Source: a virus | Taxonomy: Duplodnaviria > Caudoviricetes | Virus record (IMG/VR): IMGVR_UViG_3300037487_000664 | Location: 1-56,478 of that record | Length of the DNA: 56,478 bases | Strand: one strand, 5' to 3' | In this document: one piece after another, positions 1 to 8,392 of the stretch | How positions within the stretch are numbered: the first letter of the stretch is position 1 | How the letters are laid out: the number at the start of each line of letters is the position of its first letter | The notes under the pieces: model-generated | What the model was told of the DNA's origin: nothing | Database searches by the model: none | What the model saw: the letters and a program-made list of their open reading frames with translations, nothing else | Made by a program: the position numbers and the translations under genes

Positions 1-94
1 CGGGCAGCGTCTGCTCAAGGAGCAGGGACGCCGGGCAGCGCATCCAGCGGTGCGCGCCGGAGGGGCTCATCTTAGCATGATTGGCCTCAGACAT
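1..94 (-). CDS. DUF2800/Cas4-like PD-(D/E)XK exonuclease, N-terminal part (runs off window)
   Basis: Manual translation MSEANHAKMSPSGAHRWMRCPASLLLEQTLP matches the HA.LSPS.A.RW..CP.S start of DUF2800; usual neighbour of DUF2815 and PolA. Confidence 0.8.
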   Translation of the reverse strand, partial: MSEANHAKMSPSGAHRWMRCPASLLLEQTLP

Positions 95-356
95 TGGTCG
101 CCCTCCCGTATCGGCCCGTCTTCGGGTCTCGGACAGAGGCCCCCGCCAGCGTGGCCTTCAACCTGTCGATCTCGCGCCGCTGCATTTCCGTCTGCAACAC
201 GAGAACGTCGCGCTTGACGGTCACCATCGCCAGCGCGGAGCGGGCGTCGGCCAGCCGTTCCTCAAGGTGGCGCGCTGCCGCCTGCTGCGCCTCCCGGTAG
301 GTCCGATGCTCGGCCAGCTCACGCTGCAGCATCTTTGCGTCTTTGAAGGGCCACAT
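87..356 (-). CDS. hypothetical coiled-coil protein
   Basis: 89 aa ORF coupled to neighbours; C-terminal RDPKTGRY motif. Confidence 0.6.
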   Translation of the reverse strand: MWPFKDAKMLQRELAEHRTYREAQQAAARHLEERLADARSALAMVTVKRDVLVLQTEMQRREIDRLKATLAGASVRDPKTGRYGRATNV

Positions 357-358
357 CG

Positions 359-739
359 TCAGCCCTCCAGCGTCTTCTTGGCCATCGCCAGCACTTCGGG
401 ATAGCGGGAGGGGTCGATCTCCTGCGCGTTCCGGGTCGCGCCAAAGTGCTGCAGGATGGTGCCGACGGCCTCGCGGCCCACGCCGACCGACACCTGCAAG
501 ATCGCGGTGCGAACCTGCTCATAAGTGATCGCCTCGTCGGCCACCGGCTCAGGCACAACGGCCACCGGCTCAGGCACAACGGCCACGGGCTCAGGCTCAG
601 GCACAGCGGCCACAGGCACAGGCACAACGGCGACCGGCCTCGGAGACGCGGGCTTACTGGGCGACAGTTCAGCGGCAAGGGCAATGACGCGGCCCCGCAG
701 TTCGCCGATACTCTCAGCCGTAATCTTAATTTCATACAT
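359..739 (-). CDS. phage replication-module protein with Pro/Val/Glu-rich linker and C-terminal helical domain
   Basis: 126 aa; GGAGACCTGAC RBS; family typically upstream of DUF2800; tandem EPVAVVP repeats at about 540-630. Confidence 0.7.
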   Translation of the reverse strand: MYEIKITAESIGELRGRVIALAAELSPSKPASPRPVAVVPVPVAAVPEPEPVAVVPEPVAVVPEPVADEAITYEQVRTAILQVSVGVGREAVGTILQHFGATRNAQEIDPSRYPEVLAMAKKTLEG

Positions 740-741
740 GG

Positions 742-1017
742 TCAGGTCTCCTGCTCTTTGATTTGCGCCGCCATAGCGACGACCTCCTGCTCAAGGTCCG
801 CGATGCGGCACTCAAGGTCTTCAATCTGCCCGTCGAGGTCTTCGACGCGATCTTGCAGTGTGTCCTCGCGGTAGGCCGACGACGCCGCCAACTCCACCAT
901 GTCCTCAAACCGCTCGATCAGCGCCACGACGAACTCGTCGGTGTAGGTCCGGGCCTCCTTGCCGTGGAGCAGCAGCTCCTCGTCGGACAGCATCCGGTAA
1001 TAATCTGGGCTTCTCAC
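742..1017 (-). CDS. hypothetical acidic coiled-coil protein
   Basis: GTG at 1017 follows GGAGACCTGA RBS; heptad pattern LQDRVEDLDGQIEDLECRIADLEQ. Confidence 0.65.
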   Translation of the reverse strand: MRSPDYYRMLSDEELLLHGKEARTYTDEFVVALIERFEDMVELAASSAYREDTLQDRVEDLDGQIEDLECRIADLEQEVVAMAAQIKEQET

Positions 1018-1065
1018 ATCAGGTCTCCTTGTTGAAAATACCATGCACCCATTACGTTGAAGGGG

Positions 1066-3147
1066 TCAATCGGGAAAGAGCAGCTCTCCAAAAGAAACGT
1101 AGCCGTTCTCAAGGAGCAGGGGCGCGTTCAGCCCTTTGGCGAGGGACTTGATGGCGTTTAGAGTGTTCCGCCCGCGCTGGTCAGAGTGTCCCTCCTCCGG
1201 CCCCGGCACGCCTGCAGACACGCCGTCGATCAGCTCCTGCAGCGGCGCGCCCGTGAACCCAACACCCAGCGTCTGGATGTAGTCCATGACGGCCCGCTCC
1301 CAGCCGCCCATCTTGCGCACGCCCTTGGGCTCCTTCGGCGCGGCCACCGGCACCTCGGCCTCAGTCACGACCAGCGACGTAATCTCCTCGCCGTCACTGT
1401 CCAGACCGATGAGCACGCTCTCTAGTTTGAAGCCCCACGACAGGTCGTCGCGCCCGTCCTTCTGCTTGGTCACCTTCAACAGGCGCGCGTCACTGTCCTC
1501 GGGCCGGAACACCTCAATGGACGTGTCCGACGCAGCGTTTAAACCAGACCAGCCGCGTATGCCCTTGGCTTGGTCCTTGCCCGTGTGGGCGACCAACATG
1601 ATCACCGCGCCGGTGGCCTTGCGGATGGCGCGGGTGTGCTTCAGCGCCAGTCCCATGTCCTCGCCGCTGTTCTCGTTGGCCCCCGGCGTGGCCTGCGCCA
1701 GCGTGTCGATGATGATCAGGTCCGCGCCGCCTGCGTCAATGATTGCCTGCACCAACGCCGTCACATCGTCCTCGACCATGAGGTTGGGCGCGTCGTGGAT
1801 GACCCCCAGCGGGATGTCCTTGAGACTGACCCCGTGGTGCTGACTGTAGGCCCGCAGCCGCTGGGCGACGCCGCCGCCGCCCTCGGCGGCTATGTAAAGC
1901 ACCCTTTTACGTCGGACCTTCCGCTCGCGCCACGGCACGTCTCGGACGAGGGCCATGGCCATGTCCAGCACCATGAACGATTTGCCGGAGCCGCTGGCCC
2001 CGTAGACGACGATCAGGTCGGCCTGCTCGGGCAGGACGCCCTTGATCATAAACTCGACCGGCGGACGCTGTGAGAACTCGTCACCGGAGTAGACGTGAAA
2101 GCGGCCCGCCCAGTCAGTGGATGAGGCGAAGCGGTCGGGGTCGTGTTCTCGGCCCTGCGTCTCGGCCCGCGCTTCTTCAGCGGCGCGGTTGATCTGGTCA
2201 AAAGACCTTGGCTGTTCCCCCCGTTGCGCTCTGACGTCGGCGCTCATCTTCTTGACCGTCCGCATCGTGATGCGACGCCCGTTCGGGTCTCGCCGGTCGA
2301 AGCTGTCCCACTGCGCGCGCAGGCCGTCGGAGCCGGGGTACTGCGCCCCGCCGCTCGACCAGTCGTCCCACACGTCCAGACCCTCGGAGCCCAGCTCGTG
2401 GTGGAGGGCCATGCCGACCTGTATCCAGCCCTCGCGGCCCATGCCGGGGTCGAGGTCCGAGAGCAGGGCCTCGATGTCAGCCGCCCGCAGGCCGAGGGGC
2501 GGCTCGTAGTTGTCAAGGAAGTCGTCGGAACCGGTGGGCGCGGCGTGCGTCGGCCCAAAGCGCTGCTGCGAGAGGTTGATGACGCGCTCGTCAACCGGCG
2601 CGACGAAGTCCTCCAGCCCCAGAGCCTCGGTGTAGGGCAGGATGTTGCCCGTAAAGGTCACAAAACCTGAGCTACTGAACAATTCAAAACCGTAGTCGTT
2701 GTTGGCGTCCTTGTGGCTCTTGTGGTTGCCCAGCACGCCGCGAACGAAGGCCCGCACCCCGTTGCCGCTGGGGCTGTACTCGGCATAGGTCCGACTGACG
2801 ATGTCCTCGACCTCGGGAGGTAGTCTGCCGTCACTGTCTACGCAGTGGTCAAAGTCCAGCGCGGTGATGCCCCATTCGGGCATGAGCGCCAGCCCAACGC
2901 CGTCAAAGCCGAGGCGCGCTGCCGCGTCTCGCGCTGCCGCGAAGGTGGTCATCTTGGCCCGGTCCTCGGGCGCACCCTGCTTGCCATAGCGACGTTGGCC
3001 GGTGACGTAGTACGGCACCTTGCGGGCCTTGGCCTCGCCGGGGTGGTGTTCATTGCGCCAGCATAGCCAGCCCTGCAGCTCCCGCAGCTCTGAGGGGGCC
3101 TCGACGCGGCGGACGTGGGGCGAGATGGGGGACACGTTGCTGGCCAT
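1066..3147 (-). CDS. primase-polymerase / PriCT-2 / AAA_25 (RepA-like) helicase fusion
   Basis: KVPY, ALDFDHC, YAEYSPSGNG (Prim-Pol); WIQVGMALHH..WDDWS (PriCT-2); GASGSGKS Walker A, IIIDTL Walker B, HTGKD..RGWS. Confidence 0.92.
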   Translation of the reverse strand: MASNVSPISPHVRRVEAPSELRELQGWLCWRNEHHPGEAKARKVPYYVTGQRRYGKQGAPEDRAKMTTFAAARDAAARLGFDGVGLALMPEWGITALDFDHCVDSDGRLPPEVEDIVSRTYAEYSPSGNGVRAFVRGVLGNHKSHKDANNDYGFELFSSSGFVTFTGNILPYTEALGLEDFVAPVDERVINLSQQRFGPTHAAPTGSDDFLDNYEPPLGLRAADIEALLSDLDPGMGREGWIQVGMALHHELGSEGLDVWDDWSSGGAQYPGSDGLRAQWDSFDRRDPNGRRITMRTVKKMSADVRAQRGEQPRSFDQINRAAEEARAETQGREHDPDRFASSTDWAGRFHVYSGDEFSQRPPVEFMIKGVLPEQADLIVVYGASGSGKSFMVLDMAMALVRDVPWRERKVRRKRVLYIAAEGGGGVAQRLRAYSQHHGVSLKDIPLGVIHDAPNLMVEDDVTALVQAIIDAGGADLIIIDTLAQATPGANENSGEDMGLALKHTRAIRKATGAVIMLVAHTGKDQAKGIRGWSGLNAASDTSIEVFRPEDSDARLLKVTKQKDGRDDLSWGFKLESVLIGLDSDGEEITSLVVTEAEVPVAAPKEPKGVRKMGGWERAVMDYIQTLGVGFTGAPLQELIDGVSAGVPGPEEGHSDQRGRNTLNAIKSLAKGLNAPLLLENGYVSFGELLFPD

Positions 3148-3155
3148 GACCTAAG

Positions 3156-3377
3156 TCACGAAGTCAGGAGCGAGGCGATGTGCAGCAGCGAGGGCTCGAC
3201 CAGATCGCGGGCGGGGACGCCGTAGTGCAGCTCGATCTCCAGCGCCCGCTTGGCGGGGACATGGCCGCGCTTGTGCCAGCGGTTCACGACCTGATGGCTG
3301 ATATTTAGTTTACGGGCGAGGGCCGAGATGGACCCCGCCTGTTTAATGGCGAGGTCGATGCCGGACAGTTTGGTCAT
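3156..3377 (-). CDS. Cro/YdaS-like HTH transcriptional regulator
   Basis: AIKQAGSISALARKLNISHQVVNRW..RGHVP..RALEIE pattern; upstream of primase. Confidence 0.85.
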   Translation of the reverse strand: MTKLSGIDLAIKQAGSISALARKLNISHQVVNRWHKRGHVPAKRALEIELHYGVPARDLVEPSLLHIASLLTS

Positions 3378-3448
3378 GTGGGGGTGCTCCTAATCGGGTG
3401 ACGGTAGTGCAACGGCGGGGGTGAAGTCAACGGCCTACCTCGCGTGGG

Positions 3449-4309
3449 TCATGCGCCCACCCAACGGCGTAAACCTTCGGCCTCAAGCCGCGCTTTCACT
3501 ATCCCCTCGTTGGTCGTTTCCGCATCGTACTGAGACGGCAGGACTGACACCGACAGGCCCGCCCAAGTACAACGGTGCTCGCCGCGTAGATGTGCCGTAA
3601 CGCGCGACACTTTCTTGCGTCGCCGCGCGTGCCGTCTCACAAGATGAACCAGAGCTTTTCTCCGCCCCTCGTTTGTAATTGACCGAGTCCGCAGCAAAAA
3701 ACGCACTGTGTCAGGGTAGGCGAATAGCCGGGCGGACAGGTTCTCTTCTTTGTCGGAGAGGACCGCGCTGTAGCAGTAGCGGGCGTTTAAAGCGATACTC
3801 ATCGTCACGCGTATGCGCTCGTCGTCTTCTGCGGGGTTGTTGCCAACGCGCCCGAAGACGGCACCGTTGTGTCCCTTCATAACGACAGCGCCTATGGCGT
3901 CGATCCATCGACCACCAATGAAACTACAAAGACGAGTTTCCATCTCCATCCACGTACCGTTCAGGATACCTGCGTGGGTGATGAGGACCATGTGTTTTGA
4001 GTGGAAGCGCGCCTGCCTCCGCTGTTTTGTGCTGGCAGTTCGGACCCAGTTGAACACCAGCAGGCCGGGTTGGATGTCGTCGCGACGAGTAGCTATTGCG
4101 AAGTTAAATTCCGTAAACAAGTCTGGTGGGATTTCTTCTGGTGCCCAGAACTCGTCAGCACCGTCCACCATCAGACCACCCAGTAGGGTGACTGGGGGTA
4201 TGAGAACACGGGCAGCGACGCCATGGGGACCCGCCGTCTTCGGGCGCGGGACCGCCATGATGGTTTCCAGATCATCGGCCACCAAGTCGTACTCAGATAT
4301 CCGGCTCAT
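3449..4309 (-). CDS. hypothetical protein, appears lower GC than flanks (likely insertion)
   Basis: ATG 4309 with AAGGAG RBS; C-terminal HLVRRHAR..V..HLRG motif. Confidence 0.65.
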   Translation of the reverse strand: MSRISEYDLVADDLETIMAVPRPKTAGPHGVAARVLIPPVTLLGGLMVDGADEFWAPEEIPPDLFTEFNFAIATRRDDIQPGLLVFNWVRTASTKQRRQARFHSKHMVLITHAGILNGTWMEMETRLCSFIGGRWIDAIGAVVMKGHNGAVFGRVGNNPAEDDERIRVTMSIALNARYCYSAVLSDKEENLSARLFAYPDTVRFLLRTRSITNEGRRKALVHLVRRHARRRKKVSRVTAHLRGEHRCTWAGLSVSVLPSQYDAETTNEGIVKARLEAEGLRRWVGA

Positions 4310-4445
4310 AGTCTGCTCCTTCAAAAACGGCCTCGGCACACTCCGTGCAGACCAACTCATCAAACACCTTGAGTAGGTCAGCGGAGACGTCATTTTGTGC
4401 TACGGGCACATGACACCGGGCGCATAGGTCTAGGAGGAGGCTCAT
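4293..4445 (-). CDS. small Zn-ribbon protein (50 aa, not in ORF track)
   Basis: MSLLLDLCARCHVPVAQNDVSADLLKVFDELVCTECAEAVFEGADYEPDI; two CxxC. Confidence 0.55.
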   Translation of the reverse strand: MSLLLDLCARCHVPVAQNDVSADLLKVFDELVCTECAEAVFEGADYEPDI

Positions 4446-4490
4446 TGGTCTACCCCGGGCTGGGTGTACCGGCGCTGCCGCTCGGTCATG

Positions 4491-4745
4491 TCAGGTCGTC
4501 CTCTCTAAGTGGCGTTTACACGCATGGATGATGGTGGCGTGGTCGCGTTTAAAAAACTGGCCGATCTGCTGCAGCGCGTAGCGGTGCCTGCCGTCGTCCT
4601 GCCGGACTTCCCGGCAGCGCCAGATGGCCTCCTGCCGAGCCCGCACGTCTTGCTTGTACCGGCTGCGGCCCATCAGGACGGAGACCGGCAGACGGTGCGC
4701 TGCGGCCACGTCGGCCACGATGGAGGCCATGCTGGGCGCGCTCAC
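4491..4745 (-). CDS. stand-alone DnaA C-terminal (domain IV) HTH protein
   Basis: IVADVAAAH..VLMGRSR..VRARQEAIW..LQQIGQFFKRDHATIIHA matches the Bac_DnaA_C signature. Confidence 0.85.
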   Translation of the reverse strand: MSAPSMASIVADVAAAHRLPVSVLMGRSRYKQDVRARQEAIWRCREVRQDDGRHRYALQQIGQFFKRDHATIIHACKRHLERTT

Positions 4746-4951
4746 GGCTTATCCTCTGACTTCAAGATATGATCCACCATCGCCTGCCAACGCGGAAGCA
4801 TCTTGGCGTCGAACAGTTCGCGCGAAGATGCGCCGGATGCCTTCAGGCGCTTCCACTCGCCCGACGGTGTGGCGTGCATGGCGGACCATGCGGCTTTAAG
4901 CATGGCGGGGGTTGGGTCGCGAAAGCGGCGAAGATCAACCGGGTTCATCAC
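4742..4951 (-). CDS. hypothetical protein (PTxAM motif)
   Basis: 69 aa, coupled overlaps; RDPTPAMLKA..WQAMVD. Confidence 0.55.
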   Translation of the reverse strand: MMNPVDLRRFRDPTPAMLKAAWSAMHATPSGEWKRLKASGASSRELFDAKMLPRWQAMVDHILKSEDKP

Positions 4952-5124
4952 TTATCCTCACCGGCTGGCAGGGGAGCAATTTGCACTTTCTGCAAAGTGC
5001 TCGGCGGTGAGGCTGCGAGCATGGCGCGGTAGATCGTGGCGTACATGCTTTCCTCACCGGGGTCTTCGCGGGCGATGGCGCGCATCTCGTCGGCCTGCGC
5101 CTCGTCCAGTTCTTCGTTGGTCAT
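4948..5124 (-). CDS. hypothetical protein
   Basis: Likely start MTNEEL after GGAG; ATIYRAMLAASP motif. Confidence 0.45.
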   Translation of the reverse strand: MTNEELDEAQADEMRAIAREDPGEESMYATIYRAMLAASPPSTLQKVQIAPLPAGEDK

Positions 5125-5209
5125 GACGTGACACTCCATATGAAAGCGAGGATGGGTGCCCAGCAGAGCAGGGCTAGGCCGAAAGCTATCAATAATGCTG
5201 ATAGTCTGG

Positions 5210-5620
5210 TCATTGGTCTGCCCCCGTCGCTTCGATGTGGGCCGCGCGCCACGTCTCAATGACCTCCCGTTGCCTAGCGATCTCGCGCAGGGCGCACTCG
5301 TAGTGCGTCGGCCCCCAAGACCAGCAGCTATCGGCGTGGGTGGTATTTTCAGCCGACCTGAGCAGGTCGGCCCCGCGCAGGTTGGCAGCGCGCAGGTCGG
5401 TCCCGCTCAGGTCGGCCCCGCTCAGGTCGGCCCAGCGCAGGTCGGCCCCGCGCAGGTTGGCCCCGAGCATGGCCGACCTGCTCAGGTCGGCCCCGCGTAG
5501 GTCGGCCCAGCACAGGTCGGCCATGCTCAGGTCGGCCCCGCGCAGGTCGGCCCCGCGCAGGTCGGCAGCGTCAACGGTATGCAGGACCGCGCCGGTATCT
5601 TTGTGTTTGATCTCAATCAT
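5210..5620 (-). CDS. pentapeptide-repeat protein
   Basis: [15 protein letters not shown] tandem repeats; ATG 5620 after GGAGACCTGA. Confidence 0.85.
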   Translation of the reverse strand: MIEIKHKDTGAVLHTVDAADLRGADLRGADLSMADLCWADLRGADLSRSAMLGANLRGADLRWADLSGADLSGTDLRAANLRGADLLRSAENTTHADSCWSWGPTHYECALREIARQREVIETWRAAHIEATGADQ

Positions 5621-5740
5621 GGTCTTCAGGTCTCCTTCAAGGCGCACCGTACTAGGTCGGTGCAGGTTGTCAACAATCGTCAAGTTTGACGAGGGCGGCG
5701 AAAATAACGAGCAGCAGCAGGGCGAAGATAGCCAAGGCCC

Positions 5741-6088
5741 CTACTCCTCCAGACTGCTGGCGAGCGCGTTGACGGGCTCCAGCAGGGCCTCAAGGCTGAC
5801 GTTGTAGTCACAGATGACGTCCCAGCCGCTGTTGCCGTAGACGAGGAAGACCCACGCGGTGTGGCCGTCCTTGCGGAGGTAGAGCCGGTCCTCGTCGGCC
5901 TCCATGATGTTGTCAGTCACCTCGGCCCGGTTGGTCGTCCACGGGTGCTGGCTGTCGCCGTCATCGACGCTCAGTTCGTAGCCCTCGGCCAGCGCGCGGT
6001 CGATCAGGGCGGTGACGATCCGGCGCTCGACCGCGATGCGGCGGCGGGTCTCGGGGTCGGTGATGTCGCTCAGGTTCTTGGGGTACAT
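5741..6088 (-). CDS. conserved phage hypothetical protein
   Basis: 115 aa; strong RBS; WVFLVYGNSGWDVICDY motif. Confidence 0.75.
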   Translation of the reverse strand: MYPKNLSDITDPETRRRIAVERRIVTALIDRALAEGYELSVDDGDSQHPWTTNRAEVTDNIMEADEDRLYLRKDGHTAWVFLVYGNSGWDVICDYNVSLEALLEPVNALASSLEE

Positions 6089-6097
6089 GGTCTCAGG

Positions 6098-6458
6098 TCT
6101 CCGTGGGACAGGGGGATCAGAACTCGTTCAGGCAGGCCTGCGAGATGAGGCGATATTGCCCGGTGTCAAACTTATTTTTGACGCTCCCGCCACAGGCAGT
6201 ACTGGGCGACCTTCGTGCCCAGCCAGTAGGCGAGGCCGAAGGGGAAGACCGCCAGCAGCAGGACGGGCCAGACCACGGCGAGCATCCACAGCGCGTCGCT
6301 GCCCTCGTCCACCATGTCTGCGCCCTGCAGGAAGGCGAGGCCCAACCCCCAGATCAGGATGCCCCCGAAGTAGGTGGCGGCGATCAGGGTGCCCCACTGG
6401 TCGTAGGTCATTGGCGTGGTTCTCCGTGGGACAGGGGGATCAGAACTCGTTCAGGCAG
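6098..6458. repeat. 38-bp perfect direct repeat (6098-6135 and 6421-6458) flanking a membrane-protein gene
   Basis: TCTCCGTGGGACAGGGGGATCAGAACTCGTTCAGGCAG read at both positions. Confidence 0.95.
6172..6411 (-). CDS. small two-TM membrane protein
   Basis: Two hydrophobic stretches; GGAG RBS. Confidence 0.7.
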   Translation of the reverse strand: MTYDQWGTLIAATYFGGILIWGLGLAFLQGADMVDEGSDALWMLAVVWPVLLLAVFPFGLAYWLGTKVAQYCLWRERQK

Positions 6459-6676
6459 ATCAGCGAGACGAAGTCGTTGAGGGCCGTGGTGATGCCGTCG
6501 CGCGTCGGGCGCACATCCCACGTGGAAATCTCGGGGAGGGCGCTCGACCCCCGGTCGCCGAACGGCTCGTGTTGAGCCAGCCGGTCGGCGACGTAGGCCT
6601 CGGCCATCTTCCGCGTCGCTCGGAACTCCCACGTCATGCCCCGCTGCAGCATGTCGGTGATCAGGTAGATTTTCAT
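6440..6676 (-). CDS. hypothetical protein
   Basis: 78 aa; AAGGAA RBS; ends CLNEF. Confidence 0.65.
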   Translation of the reverse strand: MKIYLITDMLQRGMTWEFRATRKMAEAYVADRLAQHEPFGDRGSSALPEISTWDVRPTRDGITTALNDFVSLICLNEF

Positions 6677-6688
6677 GGCGTGGGTTCC

Positions 6689-6901
6689 TTACGGTGCGAT
6701 TTCAATGATCGAGACGACAAACATTGCGGCGAAGGCCAGAACGAACAGGGCGAGGCAGGCACCGCACAGGCCCACCGCTATCGCAACAGCCACGTTCTCG
6801 TAGCCGCTGCCGAACCCGCTGCGGTACTCCTTGATCGCGATGGCAATCCACAGGACGCCAAACAGAATGACAAGATACGACGTGGCGTCTTCGGGGGTCA
6901 T
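6689..6901 (-). CDS. small two-TM membrane protein
   Basis: ATG 6901 after GGAGACCTGACT; hydrophobic. Confidence 0.7.
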   Translation of the reverse strand: MTPEDATSYLVILFGVLWIAIAIKEYRSGFGSGYENVAVAIAVGLCGACLALFVLAFAAMFVVSIIEIAP

Positions 6902-6951
6902 AGTCAGGTCTCCTAGGTGGCGGCGGGGGCGGTGCGCCCCGGCCTGTTGAT

Positions 6952-6980
6952 CTTCTAGCACTGCACCATTATGGGTGCAA
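6952..6980 (-). promoter_or_regulatory. sigma70-type promoter TTGCAC-N17-TAGAAG overlapped by CACC-N6-GGTG operator
   Basis: Read on minus strand; near-identical layout to the plus-strand promoter at 50173-50201. Confidence 0.65.
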
Positions 6981-6985
6981 GGGGT

Positions 6986-7117
6986 TTATTTGCGGGGGCG
7001 ACAGGCGACGCAGTCGTACCAGCCGCGCGCATCTCTGGAGGCGGTTGACCCTTGTGGGAGCCAGCAGCCGCACCGACAGCGGATCAATGTCGGCGTGTGA
7101 AGGAGGGGCCGCTCCAT
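6986..7117 (-). CDS. small Cys-rich protein
   Basis: MERPLLHTPTLIRCRCGC..DCVACRPRK; TGATG coupling to upstream ORF. Confidence 0.45.
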   Translation of the reverse strand: MERPLLHTPTLIRCRCGCWLPQGSTASRDARGWYDCVACRPRK

Positions 7118-7248
7118 CACGCGCCCTCGCTGCAGTGGTCGTCGGCCTCTTGGGCCTCGCCCTCGGCGCGGTCGGCGTCGGCCTCGACGTCGCCGTAAAA
7201 GTCGTCGGCGCAGGCATAGTTGGCCGGGTTGCGGTAACGGTAGGACAT
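7117..7248 (-). CDS. small acidic protein (43 aa, not in ORF track)
   Basis: MSYRYRNPANYACADDFYGDVEADADRAEGEAQEADDHCSEGA; AGGAG RBS. Confidence 0.6.
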   Translation of the reverse strand: MSYRYRNPANYACADDFYGDVEADADRAEGEAQEADDHCSEGA

Positions 7249-7302
7249 GGTCGGTGCTCCTGTGAGGGGTGGCCGGGGCACGAGGCCCCGGCCCGGTGAG
7301 GG

Positions 7303-7611
7303 TCACGCCTTGCGGGCGCTGACCTTGACGGTGACGTAGGCCACGGTGGCCTTCTGGTGGCGGTTAAACCAGCGCCCGTCGACGCCCAGCTCGACCAGCT
7401 TGGCCTCCATGGCCTTGGGGTCGGGTGCCGAGCGGGCGGCGACCTCGGAGACGCTGGCGCGGTAGGCCGCGCCGTCATAGGCCCCGGCGCCCATCGCCTT
7501 GACCTCGTCGATCAGGAAAGCCTCGACGGCCTTGAGGTCGGCGATCTGCGCCTTGATGTCGCCCAGACGGTCGACGGGCGAGATGTTCGAGATGGTGGCG
7601 GCTATTGTCAT
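7303..7611 (-). CDS. conserved phage hypothetical protein
   Basis: VDRLGDIKAQIADLK..GAAYRASVS; own promoter module and RBS. Confidence 0.75.
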   Translation of the reverse strand: MTIAATISNISPVDRLGDIKAQIADLKAVEAFLIDEVKAMGAGAYDGAAYRASVSEVAARSAPDPKAMEAKLVELGVDGRWFNRHQKATVAYVTVKVSARKA

Positions 7612-7627
7612 GTTCAGGTCTCCAGTT

Positions 7628-7683
7628 TGCTGGGCCGTCCGGCCCCGATGTCTTCACCCTACAGGGTGCAGCATGGGGGTCAA
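7628..7683 (-). promoter_or_regulatory. repeated early promoter module, copy 1 (TTGACC-N16-TAGGGT, operator, 5' hairpin)
   Basis: GGGCCGTCCGGCCCCGATGTCTTCACCCTACAGGGTG shared with the 9288 and 9824 copies. Confidence 0.8.
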
Positions 7684-7711
7684 CAACTATTTTGCTGCCC
7701 CCTGTATTATT

Positions 7712-7945
7712 TTACAGGTCGGTGGGCGGCAGGCGCTGGCGCAGGCGGATGGCGGGCGCGCACCAGTCGGCAAGCTGCCGCTCGACCTCAACCAGCTCGC
7801 TCATTTGAGCCGTCAGATCGTCCTCATACTCTCCCGCCTCCTCTGGCGCGGCGAGGCGGTCGATGGCGCGGGCGATGTGGCCCATGGCCTCCTCGACGTG
7901 CTCCAGCGCGGCGCGCATGTCGGAGCGGGTCAGGATCGTGGTCAT
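7712..7945 (-). CDS. hypothetical protein
   Basis: 77 aa; GAGGTG RBS; coupled. Confidence 0.6.
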   Translation of the reverse strand: MTTILTRSDMRAALEHVEEAMGHIARAIDRLAAPEEAGEYEDDLTAQMSELVEVERQLADWCAPAIRLRQRLPPTDL

Positions 7946-8154
7946 TGGGTCACCTCGTTAATTTCGAAGGCGTACAGCTCGTCGGCGGTCAGGGGCCGAT
8001 CTGTGCTGTAGACGCCGTAGCGGCGGGTGCTGATCGGCAGGTCGCTGTTGTTCGGCCTGAAGGCCGTCAAGGCGGGCTGCTCGACCCAAGCCCAGCCGAC
8101 CTTGGGGATGGTCCCGAGGCCCACCGGGCGCAGGCGGTTGTAGTAGCGGCTCAT
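7942..8154 (-). CDS. DarA C-terminal-like domain protein (putative anti-restriction)
   Basis: Y..LRPVGLGTIP..YGVYSTDRPLTADELYAFEI resembles the DarA_C pattern; near ArdC. Confidence 0.6.
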   Translation of the reverse strand: MSRYYNRLRPVGLGTIPKVGWAWVEQPALTAFRPNNSDLPISTRRYGVYSTDRPLTADELYAFEINEVTQ

Positions 8155-8336
8155 CAGAGCGCCGCCATAGCGTCGTCGGCCATGATCAGGGCGCGCTCTT
8201 GCGCCGCCGCGATCTGGACGGCGTTGAGGCCGAGGGCGAAGTGGTCCGCCAAGAGGCTGGCGCTGTGGGCCTTCGCGTCGTCCGGCGCGGTCAGCGCGAG
8301 GAACAGGGCGTTGGTGAGGGCGTAGACGGGGGTCAT
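8154..8336 (-). CDS. hypothetical protein
   Basis: 60 aa; AGGAGACC RBS. Confidence 0.6.
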   Translation of the reverse strand: MTPVYALTNALFLALTAPDDAKAHSASLLADHFALGLNAVQIAAAQERALIMADDAMAAL

Positions 8337-8392
8337 AGTGGTCTCCTGTGGGTGGTGGGCCGGGGGCGGGATTGCCCCCGGCTCGTTGGTAG

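Noticed and set aside
5355-5570. 15-bp tandem DNA repeats as a non-coding array, and overlapping plus-strand ORFs 5156-5500 and 5340-5807
   Set aside because: They encode pentapeptide repeats on the minus strand; the plus-strand ORFs are shadows
7357-8325. 322-aa plus-strand ORF
   Set aside because: Antisense to several RBS-bearing minus-strand genes; composition typical of high-GC shadow frames
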